A DNA stretch of 63,623 nucleotides, counting the filler, from Stramenopiles sp. TOSAG23-6 (lineage: Eukaryota): assembly GCA_900128565.1 (NCBI GenBank). It is 9 parts of 9 records of this genome, joined end to end, with 100 filler letters (N's around TTAATTAATTAA, not from the genome) between each part and the next. Parts side by side here need not be neighbours in the genome. Positions count along the whole stretch, not along the records: positions 1 to 9,804 come from LT636349.1; 8 more parts are not named here. One strand, given 5' to 3'. Within the stretch, counting starts at the first letter, position 1. Each line of letters begins with the position of its first letter. Positions 1-9,904 of the stretch are shown in pieces. The position numbers and the translations under genes were made by a program. Below the pieces are notes generated by a model, which saw only the letters and a program-made list of their open reading frames with translations, was not told the DNA's origin and searched no databases.

Positions 1-55
1 TTTCGTACCTAACAAATTTAAGTTTTTTTTTTTGAAATATTTTTCCAAAATACAT
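1..55 (+). mobile_element. Introner-like intron, 3' part (ends ...AATACAT)
   Basis: CGTACCTAAC core, GAAATATTTT and AATACAT, followed by an in-frame PWWP exon at 56. Confidence 0.75.
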
Positions 56-427
56 CAACGTACTGGACGTTTGGTTTGGGTTAAAGTAGATGGTTTCCCG
101 GATTGGCCTGCGGAGATTTGCTTTGATATTTCAGAAAAGAAAGCGAATGCACATTTTGATTTATCGCTTGTTGTGTTTTTTGGCGATGAGGAATCTACAG
201 AGTTTCTTCATTCTCCAGAGGAAGATTTATCTCATTTTATTGGGAATGAAAATGATCCGTCTATATTACCTATTGGATGCCCTGAACGTGATGATGCGTA
301 TGAAACTGCTCTAAAGGCTGCATTGACAAGGAAGTTAGTTCTAGAAAATGAGCATGGCCCGAGGCATTCATTTCGTGCGAGAAAGAAACATGCAGTGACA
401 CCAGGTAATGCTCAAATAGTAGTATAA
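56..427 (+). CDS. PWWP-domain protein, last exon (5' truncated)
   Basis: LVWVKVDGFPDWPAEI...VVFFGD matches the PWWP pattern. Confidence 0.75.
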   Translation, partial: QRTGRLVWVKVDGFPDWPAEICFDISEKKANAHFDLSLVVFFGDEESTEFLHSPEEDLSHFIGNENDPSILPIGCPERDDAYETALKAALTRKLVLENEHGPRHSFRARKKHAVTPGNAQIVV

Positions 428-548
428 AAAAGTGACTTGACTGCAACTAAATTTTTGTGCTTTACAATTTAAAATTTTGATGTTTGTTTGCATATTCTCA
501 TAGTAAATGACACGGATTATATTTATCTTTATAGTTTATGTAGTACTT

Positions 549-1130
549 TTATCTTTGTACACCCATCATGTTTTTCTCTTCTAGAACTGACGCTGCAAAC
601 GTCGCTGGTGTCGCTGCTTTGAGGAAATTGTCTCCAGCGAAATGAGCAAATTTTGGGCAGTCAAGTGCCTTATCTGTACAAACAACATCCGCGCCAATCG
701 CATTTTTCAACGCCGTCATAAAATCTATCTCGCCGCTAAAATCTGCTTCGGGTCTAATATAACCGCACACAACTAGTCGTATTTCTTCACCATAAAAATC
801 TTCGGCAAATTCGTGCAATAAATAAGGTTCGACCACTTTATGTTGAGTTGCTTCAGTACCTTTAAAAGTTGGATTATGTCCGACACTTATAGCTGCTTTA
901 TATATACAAAGATCACTGTTAACATTTCCTACAGATGCCCAGCCACAATAAATTCCTGTATCCATTTTCTGAAGAGTAGAATACACCGCGGCTGAATTGT
1001 CTAGATTTGCAGTCGGCCAACCTAATTCTTTCGAACCCCGTTGGAAACCTTTTGCAACCGTTGAACAAAACCGAATCGGTGGGTCCACGAGACTGACTGT
1101 TCTATTTGCTACTGATTTGGTTGAAGCCAT
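549..1130 (-). CDS. RFK: Riboflavin kinase
   Basis: GFQRGSKELGWPTANL, SVGHNPTF, EPYLLHEF..DFYGE, GYIRPE motifs; ATG at 1130. Confidence 0.93.
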   Translation of the reverse strand: MASTKSVANRTVSLVDPPIRFCSTVAKGFQRGSKELGWPTANLDNSAAVYSTLQKMDTGIYCGWASVGNVNSDLCIYKAAISVGHNPTFKGTEATQHKVVEPYLLHEFAEDFYGEEIRLVVCGYIRPEADFSGEIDFMTALKNAIGADVVCTDKALDCPKFAHFAGDNFLKAATPATFAASVLEEKNMMGVQR

Positions 1131-1493
1131 GACGTAAACGATAAACAATATTATGTCTTGTTGACGCCTCAATGTAATGTATAATTTATAGGATAGAGTG
1201 GCAATTTGCAAAATTGTGTCGGTATTTGTATTTTATAGTATGTGTTTCAGGTTTCAGCGAAAAAGACGAAGACGAAGACGAAGCAAAGCAGTCAAAGACG
1301 TCAAACATTTTATTATTAATAGGGTTGGGTTAGGGTTTGCAATTTAAATTGGGCAAAATTAAAATTTCATAAAATTTTCAAATTTTTCGAAACCTCCGAC
1401 TCCGAGTTCACATCCTTTTGCCGAGGAGTAGTCTACTATATATACATTACGACTCACCTGTCAGAGCGCGTCTGAGTAAGAATACATTATACT

Positions 1494-2501
1494 ATGTCGG
1501 AAAGTGACGCACAAAATACTAATCTTGTAGATGAGGCAAAAGTTTCGAAGTCTGATAATTACACTGGTAATAGATCTTCACCCGTCGCAGAATCCGTAGT
1601 CGACAACGTTAAAAGTGAGGATTGTGAGGTATCTGTCGGAGACTCAACCAAAGAAGATATCGACAGAAAAAATGCAATGCTTTATCAACAGACTAGTTTA
1701 GAAATGTTTTTGCAGAAAAATCCTGATAGAGAATTGCTTCTTGAATGGAGAGACGACAAGTCAGGAATATGGAAATTAATATCGATCGTGACATATGCAT
1801 ACCTGCTTTTTTCACCTATCTTACCTTTACTTCCACAAATGGAAAGGAAATTTTTTATAGTACTCATTTGGATATTCATTACCATGCTTGTATGGTTTAA
1901 AATTGAGTACGATAATTACGCTGAAATTTGGTGGATTTGTTTCGCCAGAGGCATTATTGTCGAATTTCCCGATACTGATACATGGAAGGGTTATTTGGTG
2001 ACAAAACCTATAATCATAGCAGTGTTGACTATGTTCACCTTTGGAGTTGTGGCATTTCTAGGTCTTACATACAACAACGATGCGAATAGTTGGAAAGACT
2101 TCCATGTGTATGAGACCTCGTTTTTTCAAATTTTGTCAGCGTCGTTTGTGTTTGTTCTTACAAAAAATGTTGTCTGCTTGGAAGATTGTCAACACTTACT
2201 CTCAATCAACCGTGCACTGAAATATTTGAAAGATCCATATTTGCTAACAAATAAAGGCTTTAAAAGCGTACATATAACTCAAATACAGAAATATGTATTT
2301 GATATACAAAGTAGACATTTTGTACGAAACCTACCAAATTTTTTACATAGCCATTCAAATCAAGAAATGCAGATTAAAAAATTTAGCTGGAATCATATTC
2401 ATAGATTAAGTCACAAACCTGTACAAGCTAATACGTTGAAGATTGGAGGAGGAATGAGGCTACTAGTATTTTTCCGGACAAAAAAAAATCTTGATGAATA
2501 A
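1494..2501 (+). CDS. Multi-pass membrane protein of unknown function
   Basis: 335-aa intronless ORF with about four hydrophobic segments. Confidence 0.65.
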   Translation: MSESDAQNTNLVDEAKVSKSDNYTGNRSSPVAESVVDNVKSEDCEVSVGDSTKEDIDRKNAMLYQQTSLEMFLQKNPDRELLLEWRDDKSGIWKLISIVTYAYLLFSPILPLLPQMERKFFIVLIWIFITMLVWFKIEYDNYAEIWWICFARGIIVEFPDTDTWKGYLVTKPIIIAVLTMFTFGVVAFLGLTYNNDANSWKDFHVYETSFFQILSASFVFVLTKNVVCLEDCQHLLSINRALKYLKDPYLLTNKGFKSVHITQIQKYVFDIQSRHFVRNLPNFLHSHSNQEMQIKKFSWNHIHRLSHKPVQANTLKIGGGMRLLVFFRTKKNLDE

Positions 2502-2562
2502 AAAACTTGTAAAATACTTTTCCGGACAAAAAAAAATCTTGATGAATAAAAAACTTGTAAAA
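2469..2562. repeat. 48-bp-period tandem duplication spanning the stop codon of the 1494..2501 gene
   Basis: TTTCCGGACAAAAAAAAATCTTGATGAATAAAAAACTTGTAAAA occurs at 2471 and again at 2519. Confidence 0.85.
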
Positions 2563-2678
2563 AACTTCCAATATAAATTATACTTTACTAAAAACTACGT
2601 ACTATGCATAACCATACTAGAGTTATGAAATAATACTAAAATAGGTGGGGGCTGGAATCTATATAATATATAGTAGCA

Positions 2679-3440
2679 TTATTTTGTTTGATACCCTCTA
2701 CCAGTGTGTGATCTAGGATTCTGAAATAATTCAGAAAGCTCTTCTAAGGAAACATTTTTTCTAAACATCTGAGTTTTACCTAATCTAGGATGGTCCAAGC
2801 AGGTTTTTACAGTCCCCGTCATGTATTTTGGAAAAATATTTCCCAAAAAAAAAACTAAAATTTGTAAGGTACAAAATTACGTATGAAAAAAACATTGAAA
2901 TTGAAAAAAAAATAAAACATACGTATAATAAATCTCGAACTTACAAAAACCATCGTTTGTGTCACCTTCAAAAGCAACAACTCGTGATTGAGGATTAAAT
3001 GCAACTTCATCGAGACCATATATAGCAGCATAGTGGCGAACGTCATCTAAATCCAAACCAGAAGATTGTAAGTCATTTATGATATGCCTCAAAAATCGTT
3101 CATACCTTTGAGCATTTTGTAAACCACAAACACCACGTGTGCCATTAGGAACCCTATAAGAACCAACAACGTTTTTCCATCCCTTGCATCTCAGAATTTT
3201 TACCTGGCATGGAAATCTCCCCCCCCAAGCAACATGTGACCAAGTAGCCGCTTCGCTATCAGCGATGAAAGGACCACAAAGTATCTTACTTTCAACGTTA
3301 TATAATAGCAATGGGAATCCCGGGGAAATGCGATTGGAACGACACGAATCTGAAAAACTCCCTTCTCTTGCTCCGAAAAGTCCTCTATTGTAACACTCCT
3401 CTTGTGTTTCATTATTACAGCAAAAAATATATGCTGCCAT
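2679..3440 (-). CDS. DCD-domain protein with a C-terminal YYTTGT..HPR..G.TQ.FR domain; exons 3440-2923 and 2820-2679
   Basis: YIFCCNNETQEEC..GLFG and FPCQV are DCD-like; splicing gives EIYYTTGTVKTCLDHPRLGKTQMFRKNV..NPRSHTGRGY. Confidence 0.7.
2821..2922 (-). mobile_element. Introner-like intron, GT-AT, 102 nt
   Basis: AC|GTATGT...TTTTGTACCTTAC...AATACAT|G; contains an in-frame stop; removal restores YYTTGT. Confidence 0.85.
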
Positions 3441-3648
3441 TATCACGGGGATATTATAGACTAAAAGGTAAACTTTTATTATATTTAGCGGTAGTCTTCC
3501 CCGAGGGATGCAATAATAACAATGATGATGGCGAAGTTGGCCAACTGCGCACTGGATGAATTTTCGAATTTTAAATTCGTCGTCGATGTCGGCCAAGACA
3601 ACCTGGGCTAGTCAAGTAATTGTAGGTAGCTAGCTGTCATAGAGGCTA

Positions 3649-4515
3649 ATGCGTGTACGAGTTATTTTCCCGGGCAATGAAGCATTGGCTTTATCTCTAG
3701 ATAGTAATCTAGAATGCTCTATGTCACACTTGAAAGCTGCAATTTACTCAAAATTAGATACTAAAGGCACGACTGTGATTTCTCTTTTCCATGACGGCAA
3801 ACAACTTGACGACGCCAAAGAAACATTTGCCTCTCAAGGGATTTCCGGGGGAAATGGATTAATTGTAGTTGTAGCTGTGATGCAGAAAAACGATATTGAA
3901 ATGTCTACTCGTTCTAAACACTCTTCGGACGAGCCTATTAATGTCGAAAGTTGTTCTTCTCCTGTTTCTGCTCCAATATCAACAAATGTGAAGTCACTAA
4001 TTGACTTAGGTTTCTCAACAACGTTAGCTACCCGGGCTCTAGAGATGTGTGACGAAGATGTCAGTCAGGCTGCAAACCTATTATTCTCAGGAAGTATCAG
4101 TGATATTCATGCAACACATTCGAGCCTTGGTACTAAAACTAGTGCTAATGAAACCAATAAAAAGTCGAATAATAAGTTAGCTTGGCTTCGATTTGATCCC
4201 CGCTTTTCCCGTCTGCTTAAAACATACAAAACTGATCCTTTTTGTGTTGGCGAAGTTCTGCATGATATTGGTGAATCACAGCCAGACCTATTGCAACTCA
4301 TAAATACAAATCCAAAAGAATTTATTGAATTAGTTAACGAAAGTACTAACACTAGCCCTAACCCTATACGTGAGGAAACGGTACCAGTAAACAAAAAATA
4401 CCGAAAACGAAAAAGAAAAGAAAATAGCAAAGATGATGGTATATCCAAGTCCGTAAAACAGGATGTAGTGTTTGATTTGTGCGAATCTTCTGATGAAAAT
4501 GAGCTGTACATGTAA
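3649..4515 (+). CDS. UBL-UBA-XPC-binding/STI1 protein (RAD23-like)
   Basis: N-terminal ubiquitin-like domain, UBA (LIDLGFS..ATRAL..AANLL) and QPDLLQLINTNPKEFIELV. Confidence 0.75.
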   Translation: MRVRVIFPGNEALALSLDSNLECSMSHLKAAIYSKLDTKGTTVISLFHDGKQLDDAKETFASQGISGGNGLIVVVAVMQKNDIEMSTRSKHSSDEPINVESCSSPVSAPISTNVKSLIDLGFSTTLATRALEMCDEDVSQAANLLFSGSISDIHATHSSLGTKTSANETNKKSNNKLAWLRFDPRFSRLLKTYKTDPFCVGEVLHDIGESQPDLLQLINTNPKEFIELVNESTNTSPNPIREETVPVNKKYRKRKRKENSKDDGISKSVKQDVVFDLCESSDENELYM

Positions 4516-4784
4516 AGTAGAACTTTGAAAACTTTCATTTTAGAGGTTATCAATTTATAATTGGGGTTTTTTTCGTACGAAATTTTGTGCCTAACCAAAA
4601 AACAAATCCGTCTTCCCTAATAATTTAGAAAACTATATATGTACAGTTTTAAAGAAAAACTATCCCTTGCCACATATCATCATTTTATAATATAAATGCT
4701 ATAAATGTGAAAATAATATAAATAGTTCTAGAATATTACCTATAAGCATATTGAAAAGTCAACTGCTTTTCAATATCTTTCTTA

Positions 4785-5141
4785 TTATCCAAAGAAATCA
4801 CCAAAGTGATTTGACTTTGGACGGTTTGCTTTGGTTTTAGCCAAACTTTCCATTTCATTTTTTGTAACTGGTTCAAGTATCATTTGATGCATTGGTACAA
4901 CAGCAAGAAGCTCAAGTCTATTACATTCTCTACATATATTCGAAGTCATAGGGGTACCGCAAATATCGCAAACTCCACCGGTATCAGTAAAAGAAAGTGG
5001 GATGGCTTTTTTATCTACAGTGTGTTGCAGAATTGCCTGAGACGCAATAGAAAAACCTCTTCTTGAACAAGAATAATCACATTTTCTTGAGCTGCAACTA
5101 ATAGGTCGAGTAAATGTTTGTTGAATCTTTGTGCGAAACAT
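4785..5141 (-). CDS. Small hypothetical protein with a CxxC..CxxC motif
   Basis: ATG-initiated 118-aa ORF containing CDIC..CREC, divergent from the CCP gene. Confidence 0.45.
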   Translation of the reverse strand: MFRTKIQQTFTRPISCSSRKCDYSCSRRGFSIASQAILQHTVDKKAIPLSFTDTGGVCDICGTPMTSNICRECNRLELLAVVPMHQMILEPVTKNEMESLAKTKANRPKSNHFGDFFG

Positions 5142-5324
5142 TTTAAATAATGAGAAAACTTTATCCCAGAGAATCTCAGGTACTAAGTCTTGAAGAAATC
5201 ACTAAAATGAAGCGTTAAGAACTGAATATATTTTTTTCTGTTAAACGTGGAGGAACTTCTACGTAACTGCCTCACAAAAATACGTCTTTCCGTGGACTTC
5301 GCCGTCATCTCCGTAATTTTGCAG

Positions 5325-8323
5325 ATGGCAAATTGGAGGCAATTCTCCCCAGGGGGGTTCAAAGCCACGACTTCCCTTCCCGCGTCCTTTTTATCAGATG
5401 CTAAGCCAGTTCGTCGCAATATACCGAGAAAAATAAGTGGTCCACCAACTAGTCAAGGAAATTCACCCAAAATCAAACAAAAGAAACATCACTCACGGTT
5501 AAATATTGGCAGTGCTGATTCAGCTTTGAGAGAATCATGTCATGATTCATTACCACCCCGTAATACTGTTTCAAAGCCATACACTTCTTCCCCTAGGCCT
5601 AGAAGGAAAACACCAGTCATACCTCCTCGCAACGCACCCCCTTTGCAACTATATAGTTTTCTTACTCGCACAGAAAAACTCGCAACTGATGAAGTCGAGC
5701 CCCCAAAGACAGGTATAGATGCAGATTTTATATGGCCACCCCCAAAACATATTAATATAGTTCCTCCAAAACAAGAACCATTAATGGAGGCCCCACAAAA
5801 TCTCCTTGCCTCAATCTTAAAAAAAGAAACTTTTCGCGTTGTTCAACCTGAAAAACTCATCAATGAAGTTGTCTATGACTCAACTGATGTTTCTCCGTCA
5901 AACAGTCAAAAACGACATAAATTTAATAGTAGCTTTAATAGAACTCCGGGGAAGGCAAAACAAAATAGTGTTTCCCCATGGTATACCCCAAAAGGATCAG
6001 ATGATTCTGTGCTCGTCTTCGAGTCTCGCTTTGAAAGTGGAAATCTCCGACGTGCCATCCAAGTGTATGAAAATGAGTACGATCTTATATTAAAACCAGA
6101 TTTTAATACAAGAGGACATACACAATGGTATTATTTTTCTGTATCCAATACACGGCATGGAAGAGCATACAAATTTAATATCATTAATTTAGTTAAAAAT
6201 GATTCATTGTATGTTTTATTTTTTTTCAAATTAGATTTTTTTTTCGTACGAAATTTTGTACCTAACGATTTTTTTTGTGAAATATTTTTTCACAATACTT
6301 GTATAATTGGGGAATGAGGCCATGTATTTTTTTCATCATGATTTTTTTTGTTTTTTTTTATAGGAAATTATGTACCTAACAAAAAACATCAATTTTTTTG
6401 AAATATTTTCCAAAAATACATTGATGTACTCAGTAAAAGATTCTGAAAATTCTAGTTATTCAAGCCCAACACAAAGTGAGCAAAGGATAGGATGGAAGCG
6501 ATGTGGTCGAGATATTTGTTATTACCAAAATGGTATGTCCAGAAAATCTGGGTCTTTTTTTACGTGTACCTTTACGACAGAATTTCCACATTCTAATGAT
6601 ACGGTCTATGTATGTTTTATTTTTTTAATTTCGAATTTATTTTTTTCATACGAAAGTTTGTACCTAACGATTTTTTTTGAAATATTTTTTCAAAATACAT
6701 TTAGCATACTGTTATCCTTATACTTACACCGACCTCCGTAGATACTTACAAAAATTAGAGTCAGATCCCATGAGAAGCAAAACTTTTCTTCGGCGATCGT
6801 TGTGTACTACACTTGCAGGTAACACGTGTGATTTAATTACTATAACCACATTCGGTTCCGATGCAGAGTCAATGAAGTCTCGTAAAGGTGTTGTTGTAAC
6901 TGCGAGAGTCCATCCTGGTGAATCTAATGCTAGCTGGATGATGAAAGGATTTTTAGATTATCTCACAGGAAATTCGTTGGATGCTAGAATTTTACGGGAT
7001 AATTTTATATTTAAAATAATTCCAATGTTAAATCCTGATGGAGTTATTGTTGGTAATTATCGATGTTCACTCGCCGGTATTGATTTAAATCGTATTTATA
7101 TGGTTCCCTCTAGAAAGCTCCATCCTACAATATTTTATACAAAACAAATGATTAAACGATTTACTCAAGATCGAGAAGTAGTTCTCTCGGTGGATTTGCA
7201 TGGACACTCCAAGAAGATGAATGTTTTCATGTATGGTTGTCAAAATAACAACGATCCACATTTAAAGGACCGGGAGAAAATATTTCCAAGAATGTTATGG
7301 AAAAATTCTTCGATATTTTCATTTCGGGATTGTAATTTCAAAGTTCAGAAGGCAAAGGCCTCAACCGCACGAGTTGTTATTGCAAAAGAACTTGGACTAA
7401 TCAATAGTTACACGATGGAGGCAACATTTGCGGGCGCAAATTTTGGGCGTCTTAAAGGTTGTCATTTTTCTACAAGAGATTTAGAATCTATGGGTCATTG
7501 TTTCTGTGATACAATTCTAGATTATTGTGATCCCGACCAGACTAAGGTAAAACTGACCATGAAAGAACTTCGCATGATGTGTCGTACCTCATCTAGAGTG
7601 ACAGATGATGATAGTGATTGTGGGTCTGATTCGAATGATAATGTTGAATGGGTCAAGTCAGAAATAGGTCAAAAAATCAAAAAGAAATCAAAATCACACA
7701 AGAGAAAAATCCGCAAAAATGGTAAAGCTAAAAAAGTTCTGTCTGCAAGGAAGCATCACAAGGAATCTACGAATACTTCAGAAATTAAGCCAAGGATTGC
7801 TTCACCAAAATTATCGCGCCGTAGGCCGCGCAATCATGCACAAATGAAGAAACGAGCAATTCAATACAATAAAACTCAAGATAATACTTATGAAGATGCA
7901 GCTGTAGCTGCGGCGGCCGATCTGATGAAAAATAGTACAGGTATAGTGAATAATGTCTGGGAGGCATTTAAATCTGGTAGACGTCCTTTAAATAGAGGTA
8001 AGCGTCCTCCTGTATCATTAGCGTCAGATACAAGTAAAGATCAAACGGAATCCCGAAGTATCTTGAAGGTAAGCAAGTTAAAGCAACGTAGAAAGAATAG
8101 GAGAAAAGGTAAAAAAGGATTGTTCAAACAAGGTGGCAGTAGCCGGAGTGATAGATCGGACGATAGGAGTTGGGAAGATGAACAAAGCGCTGAGCTGTCC
8201 GGCAATGTCACGAAAAGTTTTATACAGATTGGGACAAATGGAAGATCTAAAAATTCTCCGAGCCCGATGGATATAGGTATGGGTGTTCTAGAAACCTCAG
8301 AATGTCTTCCATATATACTATGA
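5325..8323 (+). CDS. Cytosolic carboxypeptidase (M14D, CCP/Nna1/AGBL family); exons 5325-6208, 6301-6323, 6422-6609, 6701-8323
   Basis: FESRFESGNL, TQWYYF, spliced DSLYNWGMRPLMYS and DTVYLAYCYPYTY, ARVHPGE, MLNPDGV, GIDLNR, DLHGHS, SYTME. Confidence 0.93.
6209..6300 (+). mobile_element. Introner-like intron, GT-TT, 92 nt
   Basis: TT|GTATGT...CGTACGAAATTTTGTACCTAAC...AATACTT|G; TT on both sides. Confidence 0.8.
6324..6421 (+). mobile_element. Introner-like intron, GT-AT, 98 nt
   Basis: AT|GTATTT...TGTACCTAAC...AATACAT|TG; restores RPLMYS. Confidence 0.85.
6610..6700 (+). mobile_element. Introner-like intron, GT-AT, 91 nt
   Basis: AT|GTATGT...TGTACCTAAC...AATACAT|TTA; restores YLAYCYPYTY; the next AG (6704) is out of frame. 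Confidence 0.88.
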
Positions 8324-8518
8324 TATACTATGAAAAAAATAAATTTAAAAATCCGATGACATTATGAAAAAAATAAATTTTAAAAAATCCGATAAATTTA
8401 GCAAAAAAAACACTGAATCTTTTATTATACTTGATATCACTGCCTTTCACGTTTCAGATATAAAACTTTATCAGTACATTAAAACTAATACATATAAATA
8501 GTCCATCCACAACTAGTG

Positions 8519-8615
8519 TTGTACGCATTGTGAGATTCCGTACCATTTTTTCGTACGTAAAAAAAATTGAAAATTAGGTACAAAACAATGATACGGAATC
8601 TCACAATGCGTACAA
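8519..8615. mobile_element. Intergenic MITE-like inverted-repeat element sharing the intron core motifs
   Basis: Perfect 24-bp IR TTGTACGCATTGTGAGATTCCGTA (8519-8542) / TACGGAATCTCACAATGCGTACAA (8592-8615); the loop contains TTTTCGTACG and TTAGGTACAAAA. Confidence 0.7.
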
Positions 8616-8647
8616 ACCCTAACCCTAACGAATGATTTTACATATTC

Positions 8648-9579
8648 TTAGACTTTAGACAATTCTGTATCAACTAATTCATTTGATTTTATATCATTTG
8701 TGCCTGGAGATTCTTTCGATACAGTTTTTATGACATTGTGAGTTCCTTCTTTTTCCTTGGGTAAAATTTCTTCTTGCTTTTCACAGGTTGAACCACTAGG
8801 GTTAGGGTTAGGATTAGATGCTAGAGTAGTATTGGTGTCACTTAAGGACAGGGCTCCGCTTGGTTTGGCTGATTTATTCAACGCACTTGAATTTGATGAT
8901 ATAGGATTCGTTGATGTGCTATCTTTACTAGAGGTTGAATCAGTGGTATTATTACTATTTGATCCAACACCGGGTGTAGATTCATCTCGAAAGGGTGGCC
9001 AATTAGAAGAGTTCCGGGCATGCATTGTGAGAAAATATTTCATTTTTTTTGTTAGGTACAAATTTTACTATGAAAAAATATATACGAAATTGAGAAAAAT
9101 GAAAACGTACATGTATCGGCACTAATCTCTCATTCAGGCTAGGTTCCAGTTTATATTCTGTTGGTGTAAAGTTAAACAGCGGCGGAAGTGGGGTGCCGTC
9201 GTGTAATGTGGTTCCGGGGACTCGTAATTCATCAAAAAATGGATGCAAGCATGTATTTTGAAAAATATTTCAAAAAAAAAGATTAAATTTGTTAGGTACA
9301 AAATTTTTTGAAAAAAAAAATTCGATTTTTTTGTAAAAAAAAAATAAAACATACATGCTCGAATGGGTGTCAAACGACTTTTGGGTTCATATTTCAATAA
9401 CTCATCAATAAACTGAATTGCTTCATCAGGAACTTTTTCGTACTTAAACACTTTAGACCAAGAACAAGATTCAATTTTAGGAAACTGAAAATCAGTGTAA
9501 TTTGGGTTCATTTCGCGAATTTGCTTCCTAGTTGGAGTACCTAACACTTTAATAATTTCAACCAATTGATCGACTCCAC
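8648..9579 (-). CDS. GSK3: Glycogen synthase kinase 3, 3' part; exons 9579-9355, 9250-9111, 9019-8648
   Basis: [33 protein letters not shown], spliced [22 protein letters not shown], spliced LVPIHAR. Confidence 0.92.
9020..9110 (-). mobile_element. Introner-like intron, GT-AT, 91 nt
   Basis: AT|GTACGT...TGTACCTAAC...AATGCAT|GCC; restores PIHAR. Confidence 0.85.
9251..9354 (-). mobile_element. Introner-like intron, GT-AT, 104 nt
   Basis: AT|GTATGT...TGTACCTAAC...AATACAT|GC; restores ACLHPFF. Confidence 0.88.
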
Positions 9580-9804
9580 ATGTATTGTAAAAAAGATTAC
9601 ATTCGAAATTTGTTAGGTACAAAATTTCGTACGAAAAAAAAAAATTGAAATTCATAATGAAACCGTTGTCGAGAAAAAAATATATAAGGAACGTGGACTT
9701 ACTCGACATGTACGTTTTTTGGTCAAATCATGAAATTTTTTTTAATTTTTTTTCGTACGAAATTTTGTACCTAACCAAAAAAAAAAAAAAAAAAAAAAAA
9801 AAAA

Positions 9805-9904
9805 NNNNNNNNNNNNNNNNNNNNNNNNNNNNNNNNNNNNNNNNNNNNTTAATTAATTAANNNNNNNNNNNNNNNNNNNNNNNNNNNNNNNNNNNNNNNN
9901 NNNN
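9805..9904. other. Artificial contig linker N-TTAATTAATTAA-N (also about 19708-19807, 29605-29704, 39495-39594, 49358-49457, 59219-59318, 60688-60787, 62157-62256)
   Basis: Identical 100-nt spacers, each carrying stops in all six frames. Confidence 0.97.

Noticed and set aside
4107-4598. Antisense and overlapping ORFs in the ORF track, and ORFs starting MYLT or containing YEILYLT
   Set aside because: These are shadow frames of real genes or translations of the intron core sequence.
6324-6421. Reading the family as U12-type AT-AC introns
   Set aside because: There is no ATATCCT donor or TCCTTAAC branch site. AG-ending members and the 2821-2922 junction favour the GT..AT register, although this is not formally excluded without cDNA.
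6209-6700. DNA-level excision as for ciliate IESs
   Set aside because: All complete copies are sense-oriented with a donor-like 5' end and a branch-like motif, which points to RNA splicing.
9580-9804. Head-to-head intron copies replacing the upstream GSK3 exon
   Set aside because: The expected FPG(D/E) codons are missing and the orientation flips near a contig end; most likely an amplification chimera or misassembly.
9805-9904. Recurring TTAATTAATTAA flanked by N runs as a biological repeat
   Set aside because: It is an artificial six-frame-stop linker used to join contigs.
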